From the NCBI GenBank assembly GCA_964500505.1, contig CAZCNN010000001.1, positions 131,826 to 195,825 on the forward strand: a stretch of 64,000 nucleotides of DNA. The letters run 5' to 3'. Below are positions 19,384 to 28,155 of this stretch, one piece after another. Made by a program: the position numbers and the translations under genes. This DNA is from an uncultured Bdellovibrionales bacterium. Lineage in GTDB: Bacteria; Patescibacteriota; Minisyncoccia; Moranbacterales; UBA1568. Positions within the stretch are counted from its first letter, which is position 1, and each line of letters begins with the position of its first letter. The notes beneath the pieces are model-generated. The model was not told where the DNA came from, searched no databases, and worked only from the letters and a program-made list of their open reading frames with translations.

Positions 19384-19462
19384 CCTGCCCGCCCTTGGAG
19401 GGGGCCGCCGCCCCTGCCTACGGCAGATTAATCTGCAATGCTCACCCTGTTAGACGTATCGT

Positions 19463-19536
19463 TGGTGGACCTAGGCAGAATCGAACTGCCGTCTCCACAA
19501 TGCGAATGTGGCGTCGTACCACTAGACCATAGGCCC
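19463..19536 (-). tRNA. tRNA-Ala (anticodon CGC)
   Basis: Cloverleaf GGGCCTA/TAGGTCC with G3:U70, anticodon arm CCACA-TTCGCAT-TGTGG, TTCGATT T-loop, encoded CCA. Confidence 0.97.
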
Positions 19537-19578
19537 ATAAAAGTCTAACAGGGCGCGTGTAGCGTTGTACCCTTAGAC

Positions 19579-19615
19579 CCCGCCCAAATCTCACTCAAGT
19601 GAGAAATGTGGCGGG
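19579..19615. repeat. CCCGCC...GGCGGG hairpin element in the tRNA-Ala leader
   Basis: CCCGCC-caaa-TCTCACT-ca-AGTGAGA-aatgt-GGCGGG. Confidence 0.6.
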
Positions 19616-19666
19616 ACAGGTACAGGCCCGGACACTTGGGTAGGATAGCAAATAGCCGGAATGGTA

Positions 19667-20812
19667 TCAAGAAACCTGTGCCGTAAAGCCGAGTGGTGGC
19701 TTCTTGATTCGAGTGAGGAGATACCGTCTCAACTCTTTCCAATCAACTGTTGCTTCACTCAAAATATCTTCATGTAGCAAATGTATCCGCTCGCTCATAC
19801 CCAATGCATCGGCGAGAGCGTTTATTGTCCTTGTGTAGTTTAGTACATTGTAGAGTGCATAGACATCCTCTTCGCTCAGCGCTATTTGGCCGGTTATATA
19901 CGAGTACAGAGCCTGCTGACCCCGGAGGAGCATCCCTGTATCAGCACCCGGATAGGCAGCATCAATGAGGAGATGCTGCCACGACTCTCCCGACTTCATA
20001 AAGACGACGTTATTTTTTCCTGCGAGATCAAGAAATTCATACGTATTCTGACTGTACTCTATGGCGCGTGAAACAAAATCCGAGAGCGTTTCCCGAAATT
20101 GAGCGTCGGTCTCGGCGAGTACTATCACCTTTTCCAAGGACGGACTTTGAAGACAGCTAGAGAACGTCTTCCGATCAAAGTTTTTTGGTGATTCACGATT
20201 CAAAACCCACTGATCAGACCCTTGTGAATACAACTCAAGCTCACCTGGGTCATCACTCAACTTCTCTTCTGCATACGAACTCGTAAGATCCAACAGCGTT
20301 TCTCTTTCACGAAGATCAATTGCTTCCTGAATTCTCACAACTACGGGCAGAGTTACACTATCTTGACCTGAAGGAAGTAGGTCTTCATTATAAAGGTCTC
20401 GAAGAATATGGGCCGGGATAGGGAGATTCATAGTACTCACTCTCTGTCGTGCCATATGTTCACGCCCAAAAAACTCCTCTATGTCAGCCAATTTTGCCCG
20501 TGCCACGACCGCCTGGTGTCGCAACGTGCGTTCTGCAAGCACTCCCCCTGAACCCTCTCTACTCTCGACATCATGGAGCGTGGCTACTATCATATTGTGT
20601 GCCACTTTGAATACAATTTTCTCATGACCAGGTATTGTAAATACCAAATGCTCGCCACCCCGGCCTGCAAATTTTGGGTTATACTCACCATATAAGGCAT
20701 GATCATCTTTACCTAAATCAAATTTAGGTCGCGGAAGTTCGGCACTTCTCAGAGTCTTAGTCTTCTCTGGTTTAGTGCTCAGATGTGGTTGTTCGAGAAC
20801 TTCGAGTGACAT
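19667..20812 (-). CDS. Hypothetical protein, possible atypical kinase fold
   Basis: 381-aa ORF; GRGGEHLVF...VFKV, DLAGKNN and LLID resemble kinase subdomains. Confidence 0.6.
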   Translation of the reverse strand: MSLEVLEQPHLSTKPEKTKTLRSAELPRPKFDLGKDDHALYGEYNPKFAGRGGEHLVFTIPGHEKIVFKVAHNMIVATLHDVESREGSGGVLAERTLRHQAVVARAKLADIEEFFGREHMARQRVSTMNLPIPAHILRDLYNEDLLPSGQDSVTLPVVVRIQEAIDLRERETLLDLTSSYAEEKLSDDPGELELYSQGSDQWVLNRESPKNFDRKTFSSCLQSPSLEKVIVLAETDAQFRETLSDFVSRAIEYSQNTYEFLDLAGKNNVVFMKSGESWQHLLIDAAYPGADTGMLLRGQQALYSYITGQIALSEEDVYALYNVLNYTRTINALADALGMSERIHLLHEDILSEATVDWKELRRYLLTRIKKPPLGFTAQVS

Positions 20813-20815
20813 AGA

Positions 20816-21913
20816 TCAAGATTTTGTTTCGGTGATATAGGTGGTACTGAGGCCCTGTTCAGCCTGATGGCGCTCGAGCGCGAGATCGATCAGCCGGGTG
20901 AGGAGATCGGTATACGAGAGACCACTCGCTTCCCAGAGCTTGGGATACATGCTGATAGCGGTAAAGCCCGGGAGAGTATTGATCTCATTTACCAGTATCT
21001 CACCATTTTCGCGCAAGAAAAAGTCTACGCGCGCCAGTCCAGCACACTCAAGGACACGAAAGGCATGGCAAGCCACCTCCTGAAACATTGCGATCTGCTC
21101 CTGGGAAAGCTTGGCTGGAATCTCGAGACGAGCACCGGCCTCATCGAGATACTTGGCCTCATAGGTATAAAACTCTTTGGTGGGGATAATCTCACCCGGG
21201 ATGGAGGCCTCTGGATGGTCATTGCCGAGGACTGAGACCTCAATCTCGCGCCCGACGATACTCTCTTCGATGAGAACCTTGGTATCGTAGAGGAAGGCGT
21301 CCCTGAGGGCTCGTTCATACCCCTCATGGTTTTTTACTTTGTGGACCCCGACAGATGAACCGGCGTTGGCTGGTTTGACAAAGACGGGCGTGCCCAAGGT
21401 CTCTACCACCGACTCATATGAGGGAATAGTAGCCCGTCGAATGGTGAGGAAGCGTGCGACCGGGATACCAGCATCGCGGAGGAGTCGCTTCATCACGTCC
21501 TTATCCATCCCGATAGCTGAACCAAGGACCCCTGCCCCGACAAAGGGCACACCAGAGAGTCGGAGGAGCCCCTGGATCGTCCCATCCTCACCGGCACCAC
21601 CATGCAGAACCGGAAAGATGACATCCAGAGCCTGGCTCACACCACCTGCCACTCCGATCTGACCATGGCTCTCCGGGAGAAACATCACACTTTCATCACC
21701 CTCTTGTCGGGTGGTGACATCAGTGAGACCACTCTCGAGTGCTCGGGGGTCACGCTCCGGGAGGAACCACTGCCCAGCTCGGTCGATGGCGATAAGGACC
21801 GGTTGAAATCGGTCCCGATCCAGACTCTCCAGCACGTTTTTGGCTGACCAGAGAGACACTTCGTGCTCAGTTGACTTGCCACCACAGAGGATACCGACGC
21901 GGAGTTTTTTCAT
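20816..21913 (-). CDS. ddl: D-alanine--D-alanine ligase
   Basis: CGGKSTEHEVS, HGGAGEDG, MDK, KPANAGSSVG, FYTYEAKY, NEINTLPG. Confidence 0.97.
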   Translation of the reverse strand: MKKLRVGILCGGKSTEHEVSLWSAKNVLESLDRDRFQPVLIAIDRAGQWFLPERDPRALESGLTDVTTRQEGDESVMFLPESHGQIGVAGGVSQALDVIFPVLHGGAGEDGTIQGLLRLSGVPFVGAGVLGSAIGMDKDVMKRLLRDAGIPVARFLTIRRATIPSYESVVETLGTPVFVKPANAGSSVGVHKVKNHEGYERALRDAFLYDTKVLIEESIVGREIEVSVLGNDHPEASIPGEIIPTKEFYTYEAKYLDEAGARLEIPAKLSQEQIAMFQEVACHAFRVLECAGLARVDFFLRENGEILVNEINTLPGFTAISMYPKLWEASGLSYTDLLTRLIDLALERHQAEQGLSTTYITETKS

Positions 21914-21921
21914 AACAGTTG

Positions 21922-21953
21922 TTACGTAACGAATTACGTAATTCATTACGTAA
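21922..21953. repeat. Three TTACGTAA palindromes at 12-bp period
   Basis: Copies at 21922, 21934 and 21946, just upstream of ddl. Confidence 0.75.
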
Positions 21954-22422
21954 TTGAGAGTTCATTCACTTCCTCGACGTGATTCTCGAGGACCGAGTCT
22001 CCTTCACCAAAAAGAAACCGGGTCCGAAACTTCTTGCCGGCGAGAAACACTGGTATCCAGTGGATATCGTCTGGCCACATGGCATCATAGGGAATAGCAT
22101 CGGTAGTAAACCACTGGGGGCGCATCTCCTCAGTCTCACGAGGCTCACCTTCCCAAGCAGTGACTCGGTAGACATAAACCTCGAGGATATTGCCCCGGTC
22201 GCGGGCAAATTCAAACTCGTGCATCCCTACGGCCTCCATCTCGGTAATAGTCACACCGGATTCTTCCAGCGTTTCACGCTTGGCTCCCTCTTCGATACTT
22301 TCGCCCTCTTCAACTTTCCCACCGAACCCATTCCATCGACCAGCACCAAAACCACGCTTCTTCATCCCAAGGAGGATGCGACCGTCGCGGACAATGAGGC
22401 AAAGAGTAAGAATGGTTCTCAT
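21946..22422 (-). CDS. NUDIX hydrolase, 8-oxo-dGTPase (MTH1-like)
   Basis: LLGMKKRGFGAGRWNGFGGKVE...AKRETLEESG; ETEEMRPQWF, IPYDAMWPDD. Confidence 0.92.
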   Translation of the reverse strand: MRTILTLCLIVRDGRILLGMKKRGFGAGRWNGFGGKVEEGESIEEGAKRETLEESGVTITEMEAVGMHEFEFARDRGNILEVYVYRVTAWEGEPRETEEMRPQWFTTDAIPYDAMWPDDIHWIPVFLAGKKFRTRFLFGEGDSVLENHVEEVNELSIT

Positions 22423-23795
22423 AATTTGGATTCAGCTACTACCGGCCGATACATGAGATTCTCAGCGACATAGGGATTGTCTTTCTTCCAGATGACGTTG
22501 TCAATGAAGTAATGATGGATATTGAGAAACACCGTAAAGAAAAAGAAATAAAGCGAGGTCCCAAAGACAGTGGTCGGGTAGCTGAGCCACGCGGGTGCTG
22601 TCCCCCGAGCAACCCAGAGGTCGAGCCAGATCGGGATCAGAGCAAAGAAGAGTGCTCCCAGGAAATAGGCGGAACCAAAAAACGTCACTATCCCCCATCG
22701 GCCTCTTGCCTGCCGATGATACAGGAGCGTGAGCATCCCGACGGAGAGACAGAGGAGTGCGCCCGTGACCCAGCCAATCGTCGTGAATCCTGAGGAGAGT
22801 GTCATGATATAACGATCAAGGGTAAGAGTCGCCGATTCCTTGAGTGACAGACCGATTAACACCGCCGGCAAGAGGAGGAGGAAAGCACCGCCCCAGAGGT
22901 TGTAGCGACTCGCTGTATTCCGCGTCACAGGAGTGTCTCTCTCTTCACGGATGGCCTGATTACGTCTCGCAGCAAAAACAAAGAGGAGATACTGGAGCGA
23001 ATGAAAGAGTGGGATGATATAGAAAAAGTACGGGTGAGAGAGGGCGGGAATGTACCAGAGGTAGATCGAAACGAGTGCGATCACTGCCGAGACTGGTGGG
23101 GTCACTCGCGAAATGATGTACTTCACGATAAACATGGCAAGAAGGAGGTTACTGGCGACAAAGAGCACCTGCTCCGACAGCTTGAGCCACAGAGGCGGGA
23201 GCGTCCAAGCAGTATAGGGCACCTGATAAAACATATTGTGTGCCCCAGAGATATTGGCCGAGAAGAATGACAAGGCCCACAGGAGGTAGAGTGGGAGGAG
23301 GATTGCGGTACGCTCGAGACGACTATAGTACACTTTTTTCGTGGCTGAGAGGACGACCACACAGCCAAATATCTGCTTGATATAATGCCAACCGACAAAA
23401 AAGAAGAGAGCATTCACGAGGTAGCCCATGAGCATGATACTCCCCTGCGACTTGGCGTAAAGAAAATACCCAATAAGGAGTACCGGGACAGCGAGCCCCG
23501 CCCACCACATCTTGATCATAAATCTCCGTCCCGTTCGTAGCGATCCAAACGATTGGCGAGCATCGCCATACATGAGGAGATAGGAGGCAGCAAAGTGCGG
23601 GAAATTGATGAGAAACGCGGCGTAGTAGAGCGCGATGGACCAGGTAAAGATATCGGCACCTTTACTCACCGCCACTTGGAGTATGATATAGGCGATGATA
23701 GACACGCCTCCGACGAGCATGCTATCGAGAAAGGGTGAGACGAGTGACGTCTGACTCGGTGCAAACCAGCCCTGAACCATCCTTATTATGCGCAT
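22419..23795 (-). CDS. Polytopic membrane protein with conserved His motifs
   Basis: Many TM helices; NFPHFAASY, GWHYIKQ, FHSLQY, NIHHYFID motifs. Confidence 0.75.
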   Translation of the reverse strand: MRIIRMVQGWFAPSQTSLVSPFLDSMLVGGVSIIAYIILQVAVSKGADIFTWSIALYYAAFLINFPHFAASYLLMYGDARQSFGSLRTGRRFMIKMWWAGLAVPVLLIGYFLYAKSQGSIMLMGYLVNALFFFVGWHYIKQIFGCVVVLSATKKVYYSRLERTAILLPLYLLWALSFFSANISGAHNMFYQVPYTAWTLPPLWLKLSEQVLFVASNLLLAMFIVKYIISRVTPPVSAVIALVSIYLWYIPALSHPYFFYIIPLFHSLQYLLFVFAARRNQAIREERDTPVTRNTASRYNLWGGAFLLLLPAVLIGLSLKESATLTLDRYIMTLSSGFTTIGWVTGALLCLSVGMLTLLYHRQARGRWGIVTFFGSAYFLGALFFALIPIWLDLWVARGTAPAWLSYPTTVFGTSLYFFFFTVFLNIHHYFIDNVIWKKDNPYVAENLMYRPVVAESKL

Positions 23796-23843
23796 ACAAG
23801 CCTTGTTACATGACCCTATTGTATCACGAAACAGCCTGTACTA

Positions 23844-23902
23844 TACCACCACACCAACATACCCCACACACATCTGCTTGCATAAATGTTGGTGTGGTGG
23901 TA
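23844..23902. repeat. CCACACCAA/TTGGTGTGG palindromic element, copy 2
   Basis: 17-bp perfect arms TACCACCACACCAACAT / ATGTTGGTGTGGTGGTA with a 25-bp spacer. Confidence 0.8.
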
Positions 23903-24153
23903 AATTCGAGGTGCGAGGATTCGGGGATTGCAGGGGCTTCGGTGTCAGCCATTGACACCACAATAAAGCAACGCCTTTCTTTTTCCCTCTCCCCTCCTCG
24001 CTCCCTTCTACAGCGCGAAGCTGTACCGATGAGGCCCTATGAACCCATAGGGCCTCAAAAAATTTCTTAGACACTTATGATCCGGTTGACATCTCCATCG
24101 AGAATCTCTGGTTTCATACCGAAAATCGTGATCCTCTTAGGCCCAGTGATATT

Positions 24154-24609
24154 TTAAATTTTTGCACCTGCTTCTCGAATCATTTTCAAATGCTTACGAG
24201 TCATTGAATGAAGTGGTCGAGGAAGCTTATCAATAGGAAACCAGCCAATATCGTCCATCTTGTCTGGCTCACCTATCTTTGCTTTTTTCGGATCTACCTC
24301 AGCCGTAAACAAAACAGCAATCCAGTGTGTTCTCGTCTTACCATTCCATCTCAGTGCATTATTAACAGCCCAAAACTTGAGATTTTTTGGCGTCACACAA
24401 TACTCTTCCTGAATTTCTCGCTTGGCGGTCTCGAGGAATGTCTCTCCAAATTCCATCGATCCCGAACCCGGATCCCATCGCCCATGCTCATCGCGACAGT
24501 TTATACTTCGTTTGTGCATGAGCAAATTACCCTTGCCATCATGACAGTAAAATACACAAGTCACCCCGATGAAGTCTACGCCCTTCTTCAGATCAAAAGA
24601 TTGTTTCAT
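24154..24609 (-). CDS. NUDIX hydrolase
   Basis: GSMEFGETFLETAKREIQEEY Nudix box; KKGVDFIGV; EPDK. Confidence 0.9.
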   Translation of the reverse strand: MKQSFDLKKGVDFIGVTCVFYCHDGKGNLLMHKRSINCRDEHGRWDPGSGSMEFGETFLETAKREIQEEYCVTPKNLKFWAVNNALRWNGKTRTHWIAVLFTAEVDPKKAKIGEPDKMDDIGWFPIDKLPRPLHSMTRKHLKMIREAGAKI

Positions 24610-24668
24610 ACGCTATGCGCGATGGCACCCGCCCACATCCGTCCCAGAAGTGTGTCGGGCAAGCTTCT

Positions 24669-27371
24669 TTACTTTTTATGCTCTGGAGCGTTGATCATCC
24701 CACAGCGCTTGTACTTCAAACCAGAACCGCAAGGACAAGGGTCATTACGACCAGTAACTTCCTGGTTCACTATTGGAGCTTGTTTCGCGGCCTCTCCGGA
24801 CTGTGTACTCCCTCCGCCAGCTACCGCTTCACCCTTGAGGGTAGCGAATGATTCTATGTTTTCACTGGCACCACGAAACTGCATCTCGCGGGGCTTTTCT
24901 TCCGTGAAAGAGTCTGTCCGTTGTTCTATCTTCATGATGGTCATGAGATAGGTCTTGCGCACAGTGTCCATGAGACCGAGGAAGAGGTCAAAGGCCTCAC
25001 GCTTGTATTCGATGAGCGGATCACGCTGACCATAGCCCCGGAGGCCGATACCCTGACGCAAATAATCAATCTCGTCGAGGTGATTCATCCAGAGCGTATC
25101 GAGTGAACGGAGGTAGAGCGACTTCTGGATAGCGTTCCAAGTCTCTTTGCCAATCATGGTTTCCTTGGCCCGATAGATGACCTTGCCTTCACCGAGGAGA
25201 TACTCGAGGATGAGACCACGCTTCTCTATCTCGTCTTTGGAGCGATCGTCTCGGATAGATTCCAGCTTTTTGAGAGCGCTTTCCTCATCGAGCGCCGAGA
25301 ACATAGCATTCCCTTCGTTCACGATCTCCTGCATATTCCACTCCCCTTCTTCGACTGAAGTGTGAAACGAGATGACATGATCGAGCTCTTCTCCGAGGAG
25401 GCGTAGGGTCTCTTGTTCGAATTCGCTCATCTCGAGAATTGTGCGGCGCTTGCGGTACACTACCTCACGCTGTTTGTTCATCACGTCATCGTAGTCGAGC
25501 ACGTGTTTGCGAATATCAAAGTTGAAGCCCTCGATCTTGGACTGAGCACCTTCAATAGTCTTCGAGATAATACCGTTCTGGATCGGCTCATTGTCTGGGA
25601 GCCCGAGCGTCGTCATCATGCTCTTCATCTTTTCACCCCCGAAACGTCGCATCAGTTCGTCCTCGAGCGAGACAAAGAACTGTGACCTACCAGGATCGCC
25701 CTGACGTCCAGCCCGACCACGGAGCTGATTGTCGATGCGACGCGCCTCATGCCGTTCAGTCCCGATGATGAGGAGTCCGCCCACTTCGCGCACGCCGTCA
25801 CCGAGTTTGATGTCAGTCCCCCGACCGGCCATGTTGGTAGCAATAGTGATAGCGCCTTTCTGACCGGCGAGCGCAATAATCTGAGCTTCCCGTTCGTGGT
25901 TCTTAGCGTTCAAAACCTCATGCGTGATACCCTCGCGTGTGAGCAGTGCCGAGAGATACTCAGACTTTTCGATGGCCACGGTACCGATGAGGACCGGCTG
26001 GCCAGTCGCGTGCACACCCTTCACATGCTCCACAATGGCCTGGAACTTGGCTTCTTCGGTCTTGTAGACGATATCTGGGAGGTCCTGGCGAGTCATGGGA
26101 CGATTGGTTGGGATCTCAAGGACATCGAGCTTGTAGACCTTGGCCAATTCTTCGGCCGAAGTCGAGGCGGTACCTGTCATACCGGCCAGTTTATCGTAGA
26201 GTCGGAAGTAGTTCTGAAAGGTGATAGTAGCGAGAGTCTTCGACTCGCGCTGGACGGTCACACCTTCCTTGGCCTCTATCGCCTGGTGCAGTCCCTCACT
26301 ATACCGACGTCCCGGCATGAGACGCCCCGTAAAGTCATCGACGATAATGACCTGATCGTCTTTGACCACATAGTCCCGGTCCAATTTGAAAATGATATTG
26401 GCCTTGAGTGACTGCTCAAGGTGGTGAACATACTGGACATTGCCGGATGCGTAAATGTTCTCCATACCGAGGAGTCGCTCCACCACGTTCATACCCTCGT
26501 CGGTGAGGGTCACGGCCTTCATCTTTTCATCAACCGCGTAGTCGGTCCCAGCCTTGAGATTGGGCACAATCTTGGCAAAACGCTCGTAGAGCTTGGTCGA
26601 CTCGCTGTCCGGAGCTGAGATGATGAGTGGCGTCCGCGCCTCATCAATGAGGATCGAGTCTACTTCGTCGACAATGGCGAAATGGAGTGGTCGCTGGGTC
26701 ATCTCCTCGAGGGTTGACACCATATTGTCACGGAGATAGTCGAATCCGAACTCGTTGTTGGTCCCGTAGGTGATATCGGCCGCGTAGGCTTCTTTGCGCG
26801 TAATAGCGAGGAGATTCTCCACCTGCCTGCCGGTAGGCAAGGTCTCGACGCTCACTTCATCAGTGTCTTTGATCTTGGAAACATACTGGTATGATATGCC
26901 TTGCCCGACGATACAGGCGGTCGTGAGTCCAAGGGCTTCATACACTTTGCCCATCCAGTTACAGTCACGTTTGGCCAGGTAGTCATTGACCGTCACGACG
27001 TGGACCCCCTTGCCAGTCAAGGCATTGAGGTAAATGGGGAGAGTCGAAGTAAGAGTCTTCCCTTCTCCGGTCTTCATCTCAGCAATCTTGCCCTGATGGA
27101 GCGCGATACCACCAAGCATCTGAACATCGTAGTGACGCTCACCGATTACGCGTTTGGCCGCTTCCCGGACCACAGCATAGGCCTCGGGCAAAATATCATC
27201 AAGCGTCGCCCCCTTGGCGAGGCGCTCTTTGAATTCAGTTGTCTTCCCCCGGAGCGATTCATCAGAGAGAGAGGCTAGGGTCGCGTCAAAGGTATTGATA
27301 GTCGCCACGATCGGACGGAAGCGGTTCACCTCACGTTCGTTTGAGCCAAAGAGTTTTTCGAGGAATGACAT
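24669..27371 (-). CDS. secA: Preprotein translocase ATPase SecA
   Basis: MKTGEGKT, IVDEVDSILIDEARTPLIIS, NMAGRGTDI, QLRGRAGRQGDPG, SEC-C GRNDPCPCGSG. Confidence 0.99.
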   Translation of the reverse strand: MSFLEKLFGSNEREVNRFRPIVATINTFDATLASLSDESLRGKTTEFKERLAKGATLDDILPEAYAVVREAAKRVIGERHYDVQMLGGIALHQGKIAEMKTGEGKTLTSTLPIYLNALTGKGVHVVTVNDYLAKRDCNWMGKVYEALGLTTACIVGQGISYQYVSKIKDTDEVSVETLPTGRQVENLLAITRKEAYAADITYGTNNEFGFDYLRDNMVSTLEEMTQRPLHFAIVDEVDSILIDEARTPLIISAPDSESTKLYERFAKIVPNLKAGTDYAVDEKMKAVTLTDEGMNVVERLLGMENIYASGNVQYVHHLEQSLKANIIFKLDRDYVVKDDQVIIVDDFTGRLMPGRRYSEGLHQAIEAKEGVTVQRESKTLATITFQNYFRLYDKLAGMTGTASTSAEELAKVYKLDVLEIPTNRPMTRQDLPDIVYKTEEAKFQAIVEHVKGVHATGQPVLIGTVAIEKSEYLSALLTREGITHEVLNAKNHEREAQIIALAGQKGAITIATNMAGRGTDIKLGDGVREVGGLLIIGTERHEARRIDNQLRGRAGRQGDPGRSQFFVSLEDELMRRFGGEKMKSMMTTLGLPDNEPIQNGIISKTIEGAQSKIEGFNFDIRKHVLDYDDVMNKQREVVYRKRRTILEMSEFEQETLRLLGEELDHVISFHTSVEEGEWNMQEIVNEGNAMFSALDEESALKKLESIRDDRSKDEIEKRGLILEYLLGEGKVIYRAKETMIGKETWNAIQKSLYLRSLDTLWMNHLDEIDYLRQGIGLRGYGQRDPLIEYKREAFDLFLGLMDTVRKTYLMTIMKIEQRTDSFTEEKPREMQFRGASENIESFATLKGEAVAGGGSTQSGEAAKQAPIVNQEVTGRNDPCPCGSGLKYKRCGMINAPEHKK
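26821..26843. repeat. CCTGCC-GGCAGG-type palindrome inserted in frame in secA
   Basis: ACCTGCCTGCCGGTAGGCAAGGT encodes TLPTGRQV in a variable loop. Confidence 0.7.
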
Positions 27372-27376
27372 TTCGG

Positions 27377-27518
27377 TAGAATTTAGAATATTGAATATCG
27401 AATGCAGGCCAAAAAATAACCTCTTATTTAAGCCATAAAATCCATTTAATTATAGCAAAAAGCAAAGCTCTCGTAAAGAGAGCCTCACTCAATGGAACTA
27501 TTCTACGTTCTACATTCT
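27377..27518. repeat. Inverted pair of heptamer tandem arrays upstream of secA
   Basis: TAGAATT-TAGAATA-TTGAATA-TCGAATG at 27377-27404; TATTCTA-CGTTCTA-CATTCT at 27499-27518. Confidence 0.7.
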
Positions 27519-27521
27519 TCT

Positions 27522-27872
27522 TCAAAACCGAGCGGATTCGTCGACGGTCAGTTTCTTCTTGATCGAGCGATTGCCACGAAGTTTCAGATCACGATTACGG
27601 TTCTTTTTCTTATCGATCTGGGCCTCAAGCTCGTCAATCACGACGTCAGTTGATCCTTCGATACTTACCGTCGTTTCTTCGGCCCGATAGAGGTTGTGCG
27701 GGGTCTTGACCATGATTTCCACTCGAAACTTGCCTTTCTTGTCCTGATCAATCTCAATCGAAAAGTCACTCACTGGATCAACGAGTTTCTCGATACGGAC
27801 CAAACGCTTCTCGATATAGTCTCTCGTCCGGTCATCGATCTCCACTCCTTTGAATAAAAAGCGCGTATTCAT
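27522..27872 (-). CDS. hpf: Ribosome hibernation factor HPF/RaiA
   Basis: YIEKRLVRIEK, AEE...SIEGSTDVVIDELEAQI; typical position upstream of secA. Confidence 0.88.
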   Translation of the reverse strand: MNTRFLFKGVEIDDRTRDYIEKRLVRIEKLVDPVSDFSIEIDQDKKGKFRVEIMVKTPHNLYRAEETTVSIEGSTDVVIDELEAQIDKKKNRNRDLKLRGNRSIKKKLTVDESARF

Positions 27873-27891
27873 ACTCGTTTCGTTAAAGAAA

Positions 27892-28089
27892 TTAGAGTCC
27901 GTAAGCAGTCGAGAGCGTGCTCAAGAAAAACGGGACTGCAAAAACAAGACCAATAAGAGGGAGTACAAACGTGACGAGCGTCGCAATCATCGTCCACAAG
28001 AAATACTTGCGCGTCTTCTCAACAGACTGATAGATCTGCTCGAGCCGTTCATCCTGCGCCTCCAGTTTTTTCTTGAGTTCTGGGTCCAT
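27892..28089 (-). CDS. Small membrane protein
   Basis: MDPELKKKLEAQDERLEQIYQSVEKTRKYFLWT followed by a TM helix. Confidence 0.75.
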   Translation of the reverse strand: MDPELKKKLEAQDERLEQIYQSVEKTRKYFLWTMIATLVTFVLPLIGLVFAVPFFLSTLSTAYGL

Positions 28090-28155
28090 ACCCATAGTAT
28101 AGCACTCCTTGAGAAAGAAAAAAGGAGGTCCAGGAAACTCCCATAACCTCCAGAG

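Noticed and set aside
19364-19440. tmRNA or a second complete tRNA
   Set aside because: Only the 3' 20 nt are tRNA-like. I found no matching 5' acceptor strand or tag reading frame nearby.
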